NCBI GenBank assembly: GCA_051251855.1
Contig: JBPOGI010000003.1
Location: 160,001 to 224,000 of the forward strand
Origin: Roseibacillus sp.
GTDB lineage: Bacteria > Verrucomicrobiota > Verrucomicrobiia > Verrucomicrobiales > Akkermansiaceae
Direction of reading: 5' to 3'
Length of the DNA stretch: 64,000 nucleotides
The translations under genes and the position numbers were made by a program. The notes beneath the pieces were generated by a model, which did no database searches, had not been told where the DNA came from, and saw nothing but the letters and a program-made list of their open reading frames with translations. Positions 39,379 through 48,272 of this stretch are shown here, piece by piece (the first letter of the stretch is position 1; every line of letters starts with the position of its first letter).

Positions 39379-40479
39379 GTGAAGGCTTTGGACTTTAAGC
39401 GGCTGCCGAAGGTGTTGTTGCATGAGCATTTGGATGGTGGGGTGAGACCGCAGACGGTGATCGATTTGGCGAAGGAGCAAGGTTACGAGGATTTGCCGAC
39501 GACCGATGCGGGGGAGTTGGCGGATTGGTTTCATCGCGGGGCGCAGCGGGGAAATTTGCCAGAGTATTTGGAGGGATTCGCACATACTATTGCGGTGATG
39601 CAGTCACGGGATGGGCTGGCGCGAGTGGCGAAAGAGTTCTTGGAGGATATGAAGAACGATGGCGTGGTTTACGCCGAGATTCGGTTTGCGCCGGTGTTTC
39701 ACACGGGCGGAGGGTTGACTCTTGATGAGGTGATGGCGGCGGTGTTGGAGGGATTGCGTGAGGGCGAGAAAGAGTTTGGGGTTTCTTGGGGGCTGATTGT
39801 TTGTGCGATGCGCAACTTTAAGGATTCGGAGGAGATGGCGGAGCTGGCAATTAAGTGGCGTGATGAGGGGGTGGTTGGTTTTGACCTTGCGGGTGAGGAA
39901 GCGGGGTATCCGCCGAAGGACCACATTCCAGCCTTTCAGGCCGTGCAGCGGGCAAACTTTGCGATTACGATTCATGCGGGGGAAGCTTTTGGGCCGGAGT
40001 CCATTTGGCAGGCTTTGCAGTTTTGTGGGGCGCATCGATTGGGGCATGGCACGCGATTGATGGAGGATATTGAGGTGAAGGAAGACGGTTCGTTGGAGAT
40101 GGGGCGGTTGGCGAGATTCGTGCTCGATCAGCGGGTGCCGTTAGAGATGTGTCTTTCGAGTAATGTGGATACAGGGGCTTGTCCTTCGATTGCGGAGCAC
40201 CCTTTTCCGGTTCTCTTTCGATCAGGGTTTCGGGTGTTTCTGAATACCGATGACCGTCTGATGAGTCGGACTGAAATGTCGCGTGAATTCGAAATTGCGA
40301 CGGAGGCCTATGATATGACCATTGCCGAGCTGGAGAAAATGACGATGAGTGCGGCGAAGAGTGCTTTTGCTTCCCATGAGGAGCGGGTGCGTCTGATGCA
40401 GCGCGTACTCATTCCTGGTTATGCAGCGCTTACTGCGGAGTTGGTGGCTGACGTTTTGAAAAAGAGAACGTCGGATTAA
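39379..40479 (+). CDS. add: Adenosine deaminase family protein
   Basis: LPKV.LH.HLDG, GFDLAG.E, TIHAGE, RLGHG and NTDD motifs. Start uncertain (39319 or GTG 39379). Confidence 0.88.
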   Translation: MKALDFKRLPKVLLHEHLDGGVRPQTVIDLAKEQGYEDLPTTDAGELADWFHRGAQRGNLPEYLEGFAHTIAVMQSRDGLARVAKEFLEDMKNDGVVYAEIRFAPVFHTGGGLTLDEVMAAVLEGLREGEKEFGVSWGLIVCAMRNFKDSEEMAELAIKWRDEGVVGFDLAGEEAGYPPKDHIPAFQAVQRANFAITIHAGEAFGPESIWQALQFCGAHRLGHGTRLMEDIEVKEDGSLEMGRLARFVLDQRVPLEMCLSSNVDTGACPSIAEHPFPVLFRSGFRVFLNTDDRLMSRTEMSREFEIATEAYDMTIAELEKMTMSAAKSAFASHEERVRLMQRVLIPGYAALTAELVADVLKKRTSD

Positions 40480-40484
40480 TTTAA

Positions 40485-40703
40485 GGACACCTCCGGCAAC
40501 CCGAGTTTCCACGCGGACTGAAGTTTGAGTTGAAAACTTGCGGTTGCGCCGAATGACTCAGCAGGTCCGCCCGGTGGGCCGCTTCGCCTTTTTCCTCAAG
40601 GCTTCGTTGCTCATCGAGCGAGGATGTTCATCCACGTCCGATTCGCGCCTTGCCTTGAGAAAAAATGCTCGCGTCGTGAAAACCCAGATTACCGGAGGTG
40701 CCC
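40485..40703. mobile_element. MITE-like element A
   Basis: Imperfect TIRs GGACACCTCCGGCAACCCGAGTTTCCACG / CGTGAAAACCCAGATTACCGGAGGTGCCC, flanked by TTAA on both sides; no ORF. Confidence 0.75.
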
Positions 40704-41225
40704 TTAAGAAAAGGAGAGGTCTGGCACTTTTTCTTCAATACGAAGTTGAGCAATGAGGTGAATTTGGCGAAGAGCTTCTTTGAGTTCAACTTCGCGAGAG
40801 TTTTGCACGCGAGTAGCAAAGGCGGCGAGGACTTTAGGGCGGGTGCTGAGCTTGGCGCAGATGATAAAGGGGAAGTCGAACTTGGCGAGGTAGCTGGCGT
40901 TGAGATCGGCGAATTGTTGGTATTCCTCGTCGCTGAGGCGGTCGAGGCCGAGGCCGGCTTGTTCGGCGGTGGACTCGGAAGTGAGTTTGCCGGCGCGGGC
41001 GAGTTTGCCTCCGAGGTCGGGGTGAGCGCAAATGAGGGTGAGTTTTTCTTCGTCGGTGGCGGCCTCGACGATGGACTTCATAAGGATGATGAGGTCGTCG
41101 CGAGTGGCGAAGGGTTGCTGCGCGAAGGCGGCTTCGGCGACCCAAGGAGAGTGTTCGTAAATGGAGCCCAGCAGGTCGATGAACTCGGGCTTGGTCATTT
41201 GGTTGAGATTTGAGAGAGTGGCCAC
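40704..41225 (-). CDS. uraD: OHCU decarboxylase
   Basis: YEHSPWVA, AHPDL, S..EQ..GL and N..Y..KF.FPFIIC motifs. Confidence 0.93.
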   Translation of the reverse strand: MATLSNLNQMTKPEFIDLLGSIYEHSPWVAEAAFAQQPFATRDDLIILMKSIVEAATDEEKLTLICAHPDLGGKLARAGKLTSESTAEQAGLGLDRLSDEEYQQFADLNASYLAKFDFPFIICAKLSTRPKVLAAFATRVQNSREVELKEALRQIHLIAQLRIEEKVPDLSFS

Positions 41226-41267
41226 GCGACGATAGAGAATGAAAATGATCGGTTTAGAAAGCAATCA

Positions 41268-42056
41268 ATGAGTGAAGAGAAGTCAGGGGCGATAGAGGTT
41301 TGGGAAGAAGTGCAGCGGCTGAAGGCGGCGGGTCTTGCAGGAGTGGTGGTGACGGTGGCGGCGGTGCGGGGGAGTGTGCCAACGGAGGCGGGTGCGAAAA
41401 TTTTGGTGAACGAGGCGGGTTTGATTGCGGGAACGGTGGGAGGAGGAAAGGTGGAGGCTCAGGCGGTGAGCGAGGCTCAGAGGTTGATGGGAAAGGGTGA
41501 GGGTTGTGAGTTGGTGACTTGGAATTTGCAGCGGGATGTGGGGATGACTTGTGGGGGCGAGATGACGTTATTGTTTGAGGCTTTTGGGGGTGAAGAAGGG
41601 TGGCATGTGGTGGTCTTTGGGGCGGGTCACGTTTCGCAGGCGGTGGTTGGCTTGTTGGCGACCTTGTCCTGTCGGGTGGATGTGGTTGATGAGCGAGAGG
41701 AGTGGCTGCAAGGGGTGACGAAGCGGGGGAATGTGGTGACGCACTTGGTGGAGCGATTTGAGGAGGGGGTGGGTTTGGTGAGGGAGGATTCGTTTGCGCT
41801 TTCGATCACCAAGGGGCATTCGGCGGATCGACCGGTTTTGAAGGAGCTGTTGTTGAGGGAGAAGGCCTTGCCGTTCGTGGGGGTGATTGGGAGTGCCTCG
41901 AAGAGGGCGGTGTTGATGAGGGAATTGAGGGAGGATGGGGTGGCGGAGGAGAGGTTGGGTACGTTGATTTGTCCGTTGGGGTTGCCGATTGGGAATAATG
42001 AGCCGGCGGAAATTGCGGTGAGTATTGTGGCGCAGTTGTTGGAGGTGCGGGGTTGA
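41268..42056 (+). CDS. xdhC: Xanthine dehydrogenase accessory protein
   Basis: GTVGGG..E, GMTCGG, FGAGHV, IGSASK and P.EIAVSI.AQL motifs. Confidence 0.9.
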   Translation: MSEEKSGAIEVWEEVQRLKAAGLAGVVVTVAAVRGSVPTEAGAKILVNEAGLIAGTVGGGKVEAQAVSEAQRLMGKGEGCELVTWNLQRDVGMTCGGEMTLLFEAFGGEEGWHVVVFGAGHVSQAVVGLLATLSCRVDVVDEREEWLQGVTKRGNVVTHLVERFEEGVGLVREDSFALSITKGHSADRPVLKELLLREKALPFVGVIGSASKRAVLMRELREDGVAEERLGTLICPLGLPIGNNEPAEIAVSIVAQLLEVRG

Positions 42057-42071
42057 TGTGCAAGGGGCGTC

Positions 42072-42181
42072 ACTGGGAGCGCTGGTCTTTGACCGGCCCT
42101 AACGGTTGATGGCAGAGGTTCGGAGGGGTCGGTTCGGTAGAATCGGTTCGGTGGGGCCGGTCGCAGACCAGCGCTCCCAGT
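42072..42181. repeat. REP-like inverted pair between convergent genes
   Basis: ACTGGGAGCGCTGGTCTTTGACCGGCCC ... GGGCCGGTCGCAGACCAGCGCTCCCAGT. Confidence 0.8.
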
Positions 42182-42182
42182 C

Positions 42183-43388
42183 CTACCGGAGGGTTTTTAG
42201 GTAAGCGACGAGGTTGTTGACTTGTTCGTCTGTGAGGACGGTGGCGTAGGGGGGCATGGCGGGGGCGTAGCCTTTGACCACTTTGGTGGTGGAGTTGAGG
42301 ATGCTTTCGCGGAGATAGGCTTCGTCGGCGACGAGGGAGGTGCCGTCTTCGAATTCGCGTTTGGTGCCGAGGAGTCCGTGAAGGCTGGGGGCGATGGTTC
42401 CGGCTTGAGGGAGGTGGCAGGCGGTGCAGCCGGTGGAGATGAAGACTTGCTCGCCGGCTTGGGCTTCGGGGGAGAGGGAGGCGGTTTCGGCGGCTTTGCC
42501 TTGCGTGACTAAGAGGGTGATGATGCCTGCGCCGACGATGAAGGTGAGGCCAAGGAGCTCTTTCCAGCGAGGGAGAGAGTGGTAGCAGTTCATCAGATGT
42601 TTGATGAGGGCGAGAGTGATGATGGCGACAGCGGCGATGGCGATGTTGTTGGGGCTTCCGTAGGTGGAGGGGAAATGGGCGCTGAGCATCAGGAAGATAA
42701 CAGGGAAAGTAATGTAGTGGTTGTGGGTGGAGCGGATTTTGGCCTGTTTGCCAAGTTTAAGGTCGTGGGGTTTTCCTTCTAACAGGGCATCCATCATCTT
42801 CTTCTGGTTGACCATGATGTGGAAGAAGACGTTGGCGCTCATCATGCTGCCCATCATGGCTCCCATCTGGAGATAGACGGCGCGGCCATTGAAGACGGTG
42901 TTGAGCCAGAGGCCGTAGACGATGAGTCCGGCGAAGGAGATGAGGAGGCCGAGGCGCTCTTTGTTCCTAACAGGGCTGCGCCAGAGGAGGTCGTAGAAGA
43001 GCCAGCCGCCGACGAGGGAGGCGAAGCTGATGACGGCTCCCATGTAGCCGGGGAGGTCGGTTTTGGCAGGGTCGAGAAGGAGAGTGGCGCCTCGAGTGTA
43101 GAAGAGGGAGACGAGGAGAATGAAGCCGCTGAGAAAGGTGGTGTAGGATTGCCACTTGAAGATGTGGAGGCGTTGGGGGATTTCCTTGGGGTCGATGATG
43201 CGCTTTTGTAGAAGGAAGATGCCGCCACCGTGCAGCATGTTCATGGAGCCAAGCGATTCATCGCCGTCTTCCTTCTCGTCGCGGCGTAAATTGAGCTCGA
43301 ACCAGGTGAAGAGGAGAGAGTTGCCAATCCACATGATGGCGGCCACGACGTGGATCATGCGGAAAGTGATGTTGAAGAATTCGATCAC
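42183..43388 (-). CDS. puuD: Membrane urate hydroxylase with C-terminal cytochrome c
   Basis: R..HV...MWIG.S, HGGG, FKWQSYTT..SG, M.ANVF, RS.HN.Y.T.PV.F.M.S.H and CTACH motifs. Confidence 0.88.
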   Translation of the reverse strand: MIEFFNITFRMIHVVAAIMWIGNSLLFTWFELNLRRDEKEDGDESLGSMNMLHGGGIFLLQKRIIDPKEIPQRLHIFKWQSYTTFLSGFILLVSLFYTRGATLLLDPAKTDLPGYMGAVISFASLVGGWLFYDLLWRSPVRNKERLGLLISFAGLIVYGLWLNTVFNGRAVYLQMGAMMGSMMSANVFFHIMVNQKKMMDALLEGKPHDLKLGKQAKIRSTHNHYITFPVIFLMLSAHFPSTYGSPNNIAIAAVAIITLALIKHLMNCYHSLPRWKELLGLTFIVGAGIITLLVTQGKAAETASLSPEAQAGEQVFISTGCTACHLPQAGTIAPSLHGLLGTKREFEDGTSLVADEAYLRESILNSTTKVVKGYAPAMPPYATVLTDEQVNNLVAYLKTLR

Positions 43389-43439
43389 GATTGAGAGTTT
43401 GGAGAATCTGGGCGGAAAGGGAAGACTCGAGCCTGTTGG

Positions 43440-44090
43440 CTAATCGATTCGGTAGAAGGGGTTGGGCAATTTGTAGATGCGCTCGGAGTAGCCTCCCTCG
43501 AGGTCACTGGTTTGGTCGCCGAAGTTGGCAACGATAGTATAGCCTTCTTTGGTGAGGTTTTGGCGGATGTTTGTTTTAAAAATGACGGCGTCTTGGTAGG
43601 GGACGGTGCCTTTGCGCGGGCGAAGGATGAGACGTTCGTAGGTGCCCATGCCTTCTTTGGAAAGGTTGCGGGCGGTTGGAGTTCGGTCGGCCTCGGTGCG
43701 TCCGGTGAGGAAGATGACTTTCATGCCGAGTTCGATAGCGACTTGGTAGATTTTTCTGAGAGGCTCGATGGCTTCCCCTTCTGCGGTGGCGACCCAAGCA
43801 TCCCAGACATCGGGTTGATAGCCCCAGTCTGTTTCTTTCATGTGAGGAAGGTTCGAAAGGGTGGTCTCGTCGATGTCGAAGATGACGGTAAGCTTTTCAC
43901 CGCCTTGGGCTTTTCGGGCGCGGAGGAAGGTTTCGGCTCCGCGAATAGCGTTGTCCAGGTCCTTGTGATAAAGAGGAGACTCGCTGTATTCAGTAACCTC
44001 TTTCTTGAGTGCCGAGAGGTTGTCGGGTTCGTGGCTGGTGGGAGCACAAGCGAGGGCCGCGAGGCAGGAGAGAAGGAGAAGGCCTTTCAT
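43440..44090 (-). CDS. HAD-superfamily acid phosphatase lipoprotein
   Basis: Lipobox LA-C; FDIDET, TGR, GDQ.SD and KLPNPFY motifs. Confidence 0.87.
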   Translation of the reverse strand: MKGLLLLSCLAALACAPTSHEPDNLSALKKEVTEYSESPLYHKDLDNAIRGAETFLRARKAQGGEKLTVIFDIDETTLSNLPHMKETDWGYQPDVWDAWVATAEGEAIEPLRKIYQVAIELGMKVIFLTGRTEADRTPTARNLSKEGMGTYERLILRPRKGTVPYQDAVIFKTNIRQNLTKEGYTIVANFGDQTSDLEGGYSERIYKLPNPFYRID

Positions 44091-44199
44091 AGAAGAATAG
44101 GAGAGTAGCACATTTTCGGCCAAGCGGGAACTTGGGAACCGGAACTTGGCCATGGCTTTGTTTCTGCTTAGGTTCTAGAGTCCCTAGCTGCCATCCGTC

Positions 44200-46200
44200 A
44201 TGACTTCGTTCGATATCCCTGCTTACCTTTCGTTTCTTCCTGAATCGCTTTTGAAGTCGTTGTGGGAAGAGGCCGAGCCTGTGGAGGCGGTGGCGGAACT
44301 GCGGGTGGCTTCGGGATTGAGAGAGAAGTTTCCAGAGATTGAGACGGATGAGGCCTTAGCCTTTGTATGTGCGCTTTATCGCGAGAATCGCGAGGCTCTG
44401 AAGCAGGTTTTGGAGCAAAGAGTGAAGGATCGGGCCTTTATGGACCGGGAGACGCTAGCTTGTGTAGAAAAGAACGAAGGGGTCGCTTATACCTCGCCAA
44501 ATTACGCGACGGTGTTGGGACAGAAGAATGAGGAGGGGCGTCTGGTCATTGGGCCCTTGGATAATGAGGGCGAGGTGAACAAGGTGGTGATTCCTGAATT
44601 TTTAGTAGGGGATCAGGTGACGCTCTTTGGGCCGCCGGATACGGCGAAGATGTCGATTAATGCCATGAACGCGTTCAATCGAGTGAGTCCTGATGAACCG
44701 GCGATTGTGACGGAGCTGGCAGAGGCGGCGGGTCAGGTGCCGCGATGGGGGGCTGACAACGAGGATTCGAAGACGCCGATTATGGCGAATTTTTTGCAAG
44801 CCTGTCAGAATTTGGTGGGTTGCTTCGATGGGACGCTGGAGTTTCACGATGAGAAGCGAGGAAAGAGCTATCGGCTGGATGAGAGTGGATTGTCGAAGCC
44901 GATTAAACGGATTCCGGGATTGGCGTTGCCGGATGGCAATCACTTGTTAGAGGGGAATCCGTTGCCGTTGCATTTGTTCGATTTTGCGATGCATTTGTGG
45001 CACAATCGGACACGGGAAGAGGCCTTGGTTTTTTATGTGCCGAAGTTGGAGAACGAGGAAGAGGCCGCTTATTTGAAGGGGGTGATTGATAGCGCGGAGC
45101 GGTGGATTCAGGAGGTGGAGCCGAGTTATGTTTTGGGGACGATTAAGCTGTTCATTGTGTTTGAGAACCCGCGGGCGATTTTTCGGATTCGGGAAATTGC
45201 GCAAATTCTCGAGCCGCACTTTTTGGGAGGGAGCTTGGGGTGGCATGACTTTTTGGCTTCGGCAGCTCGGCTCTTCAAACATGATCCGAATTACCGCATT
45301 CCGGTGAAGGCGGATCCGAATATCGTGATTAACCATATTCGGGAGTCGCATCGGATTTTGGTTGATGCTTTGGCGCCGATGGATGCGATACGGATTGGGG
45401 GGATGTATGGGGTGCTCTATGAGGAAGGGAATGCGCAATCCTACTTGGTGAGCATGGTGGGGTATGTGCGTGATGTAGCGACGCAATTGAAACGAGGGTT
45501 GAATGGCTTTTGGGTGGCGCATCCGGCCTTTGTGCGCACGGGGTTGGCTTTGGTGGAGGCGTGGCGAAGGGGTCCTGAAAGTGTGACTGAGCTGGTGAGG
45601 GCGCTTGTTCCCGATGAGGTTGAGTGCGAGGGTTTGTTAGAATTTGTCTTTGCGGAGGATGTGGAAGGGCTGGATAAAGAGGATCCTCGTTATTTGCGGG
45701 CGGTTCTCGCGGCGACTTTGGAGATTTCCGATGTGATTGCGAACGATGATCCTGAGGAGGTGCGCTATAATGTTTTTCAGGCGTTGCAGTATATTTGTGA
45801 TTGGTTGACGGGGAATGGCTGTGTTGCGTTACCAGCGACGATGCAGAATAGTCGAGGGGAGACCGTGTTTATCCGGGTGATGGATGATTTGGCGACGACC
45901 GAGCGGTCGCGCTGGGAGCTGTGGGCGGAGGTGAATCATGGGCGAGTATCCCGCGAGTTGTTCGAGGAGATTCTGCAGGCAGAATTAGCTTTCTTGAAAG
46001 CGGGAGAGGATTCGGATAACAAGCGGGTGCAGGTTGCTTGGAAAGGTGAGGCTGCGAAATGGTATCCCATTGCAGCTGAGATTTTAAGAAGACTGGTACT
46101 CGATTCGGAACCGGTGGAATTTGCGACGGAGCTGATGATGCCGTTTACACTCGATTATGTTCGAGAATCGGGGGATCCGGTGAAGGCGGCTGGTCTTTGA
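44200..46200 (+). CDS. Divergent malate synthase
   Basis: AD.ED...P, YVPKLE..EEA, IK..I.FE, GGM, G.WVAHP and MDDLAT.E.SR..LW motifs. Confidence 0.75.
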   Translation: MTSFDIPAYLSFLPESLLKSLWEEAEPVEAVAELRVASGLREKFPEIETDEALAFVCALYRENREALKQVLEQRVKDRAFMDRETLACVEKNEGVAYTSPNYATVLGQKNEEGRLVIGPLDNEGEVNKVVIPEFLVGDQVTLFGPPDTAKMSINAMNAFNRVSPDEPAIVTELAEAAGQVPRWGADNEDSKTPIMANFLQACQNLVGCFDGTLEFHDEKRGKSYRLDESGLSKPIKRIPGLALPDGNHLLEGNPLPLHLFDFAMHLWHNRTREEALVFYVPKLENEEEAAYLKGVIDSAERWIQEVEPSYVLGTIKLFIVFENPRAIFRIREIAQILEPHFLGGSLGWHDFLASAARLFKHDPNYRIPVKADPNIVINHIRESHRILVDALAPMDAIRIGGMYGVLYEEGNAQSYLVSMVGYVRDVATQLKRGLNGFWVAHPAFVRTGLALVEAWRRGPESVTELVRALVPDEVECEGLLEFVFAEDVEGLDKEDPRYLRAVLAATLEISDVIANDDPEEVRYNVFQALQYICDWLTGNGCVALPATMQNSRGETVFIRVMDDLATTERSRWELWAEVNHGRVSRELFEEILQAELAFLKAGEDSDNKRVQVAWKGEAAKWYPIAAEILRRLVLDSEPVEFATELMMPFTLDYVRESGDPVKAAGL

Positions 46201-46209
46201 AGAGAGACC

Positions 46210-46662
46210 CTACTTCGACTTCTTCTTGAGGTCGGTGCGGATGCGTTCGACGGCATCGGGGGAGGATTCCAGCTCTTTCATGAGGGCTTCAAAGACACGC
46301 ATGGTGGGGCTGGAGATGTGGTGCTCCATTCCTTCGACATCGTCATAGATGGTCTCGTCGTCGATGCCGAAGAGTTGAAGGAAACGGGTGAGGAGTTCGT
46401 GGCGCCGGATGATGTAGTCGGCGACTTCTTGCCCACGGTCGGTGAGGGTCATGCCGCGGTATTTTTCGTAGTTCACGAGTTCTTCGGCATCGAGGCGCTT
46501 GACCATATTGGTGACGCTGGCTTGGGAGATCGAGAGCTTCTCGGCGATGTCGATGACTCTTGCGTATCCTTTCTCCGCAATGAGTTGCGAGATTTGCTCC
46601 AAGTAATCCTCCATGGCGATGGAGCCGATTCGGGCAGGAGATGGAGGGGAAGGCTTAGGCAC
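46210..46662 (-). CDS. mntR: DtxR/MntR-family metal-dependent regulator
   Basis: MEDYLE.I, AR..DIA..L.IS..SVT.M and DVEG.EHH.S motifs. Start uncertain (46614 or 46662). Confidence 0.85.
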   Translation of the reverse strand: MPKPSPPSPARIGSIAMEDYLEQISQLIAEKGYARVIDIAEKLSISQASVTNMVKRLDAEELVNYEKYRGMTLTDRGQEVADYIIRRHELLTRFLQLFGIDDETIYDDVEGMEHHISSPTMRVFEALMKELESSPDAVERIRTDLKKKSK

Positions 46663-46804
46663 TACCTTTGAGAGGTTAGATAAATTGGAAGGGGAGTCAA
46701 ACAGGAGCGGTGCGGTAGCAGCTCTTTTCGGAAATTCCCCGATTTTACTGCGGTTGAAGAGAGACAGCAGCGCTTGAATAGTTGCCATTTTCGACCTCAA
46801 TCTC

Positions 46805-48040
46805 ATGAAAACAACACGTCTCCTCTCTTATCTGACCGCAATCTTTGTGCTTTTGGCTGCCGGCTCTACTCAAGCTCAAATGAACCGGGGAGTTTGGTTC
46901 TGGGGTAGCACCAGTACTCCTGATGGACCGAGTCCCTATGGTTCCATCGATGTGGTGGGAGATTCGGTTAAAGAGGATGAGTCGATTGCCTTTTTCAATA
47001 CCCACGGCGTCAAACGTATTTATGGTAGTTATCAGAATCGTCCGGTCAGCGATACGCTCGCGATAGCGGAGTGGAATCAAAAGCTGGAGTATGCCTTTAT
47101 TGAGTCTCAGCTCTTGCTCGATTTTGTGAACATTCACGATGCGGTCGCAGTGGATGACTTCATGGATAAAATTCAGGAACGATTCATCGACTACAATGCG
47201 AGCTATTATGATCTCCCTCAGTATCGTTTTGACGCTCTTCATCTCGACATCGAGCCTCAGGGTTCGGCGCCTTGGGATGCGGCAGACGCGGCAGGGAAGC
47301 GGGCCATTTTAGAGGAACTGAAGGACCTTTATGCGGATATTCGGGCGCTGTTGGTGGCGGAAGGAGTTGGGACGATTCCGGTCTATGCTGATATTCCGTT
47401 TACTTGGGACAAGCTCCCCGTTGATGGAGGATCCGTTGGCTGGGTAGATGCGGCGGATCGCGATGCGTGGTTTGCGGGGATTGGGGATTCGTTGGATGGG
47501 ATTTCGATCATGACTTTTTCGAAAGATACGGTGTCCGAGCTGACGGTGGCGACAGAGTATGAGCGCACGGGGGCGTTTCCTGGGTTTGCACGCATTGGGA
47601 TTCAACCTAAGGGATGGCCCGGGCAGCAGTGGGAGTCGATTTGGGAGGTGAATAGTATTTTGACGGACTTGGAGGCGATTCATGCACCCAACCATGCGAC
47701 TGATTTGGAGAACTACGGGTTTTGGCGCTATTCGATTGAGGATTCGTTACTCGTTCCAGTGATTGTGGATATTGATATTGTGATTTACGGCGATGATCCG
47801 GGGACCGGTCCAGGGACTCCTTTTCCCGGCGGTGGCACTGGTCCTGCCATCTACTTTGATGGGGTGGCAGGCTATGTCTATACGGTGAAACATGCGTCTA
47901 GGCTCAACGGGCAGTGGCGAGAGATGGAGCAAGTGAAGGCGAGGGATGGAAATGGAGAGCGATTAAGGGTTCCGATTGATTTGTCACAGCCAGCGGGCTT
48001 CTTCAAAGTGGAAGTGTGTGCCGAAGAAGTTGAGCGTTAA
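46805..48040 (+). CDS. Secreted TIM-barrel glycoside hydrolase-like protein with C-terminal sorting-like domain
   Basis: Signal peptide, LHLDIEP motif, G/P-rich linker, ends GFFKVEV. Confidence 0.55.
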   Translation: MKTTRLLSYLTAIFVLLAAGSTQAQMNRGVWFWGSTSTPDGPSPYGSIDVVGDSVKEDESIAFFNTHGVKRIYGSYQNRPVSDTLAIAEWNQKLEYAFIESQLLLDFVNIHDAVAVDDFMDKIQERFIDYNASYYDLPQYRFDALHLDIEPQGSAPWDAADAAGKRAILEELKDLYADIRALLVAEGVGTIPVYADIPFTWDKLPVDGGSVGWVDAADRDAWFAGIGDSLDGISIMTFSKDTVSELTVATEYERTGAFPGFARIGIQPKGWPGQQWESIWEVNSILTDLEAIHAPNHATDLENYGFWRYSIEDSLLVPVIVDIDIVIYGDDPGTGPGTPFPGGGTGPAIYFDGVAGYVYTVKHASRLNGQWREMEQVKARDGNGERLRVPIDLSQPAGFFKVEVCAEEVER

Positions 48041-48104
48041 GAGCGGTTTGGATTAGCAGATTTCAATGCTAGCCAAAGGGTGGGCAAGGGATAATGTTCC
48101 GGTA

Positions 48105-48266
48105 GTGCAAATAGGAAATTTCTCTCGCAATCCTCGACTTTACTCGACCGGACGTCTGACAGAAGCGGCCAAAGAGTATGGCCATGAGGTTGGAGTTGTC
48201 GCTTGTGCGCGGACCGACATGAATATCGCAGCTGTGGGTAAGGCCAAGACTCGGGGAAAATGTTAG
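48105..48266 (+). pseudogene. rimK: Internally deleted rimK (ribosomal protein S6--L-glutamate ligase) remnant
   Basis: VQIGNFSRNPRLYSTGRLTEAAKEYGHEV..V..ARTDMNI matches the RimK N-terminus and is joined to a GKAKTRGK tail resembling the RimK C-terminus. Confidence 0.7.
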
Positions 48267-48272
48267 ACGACT

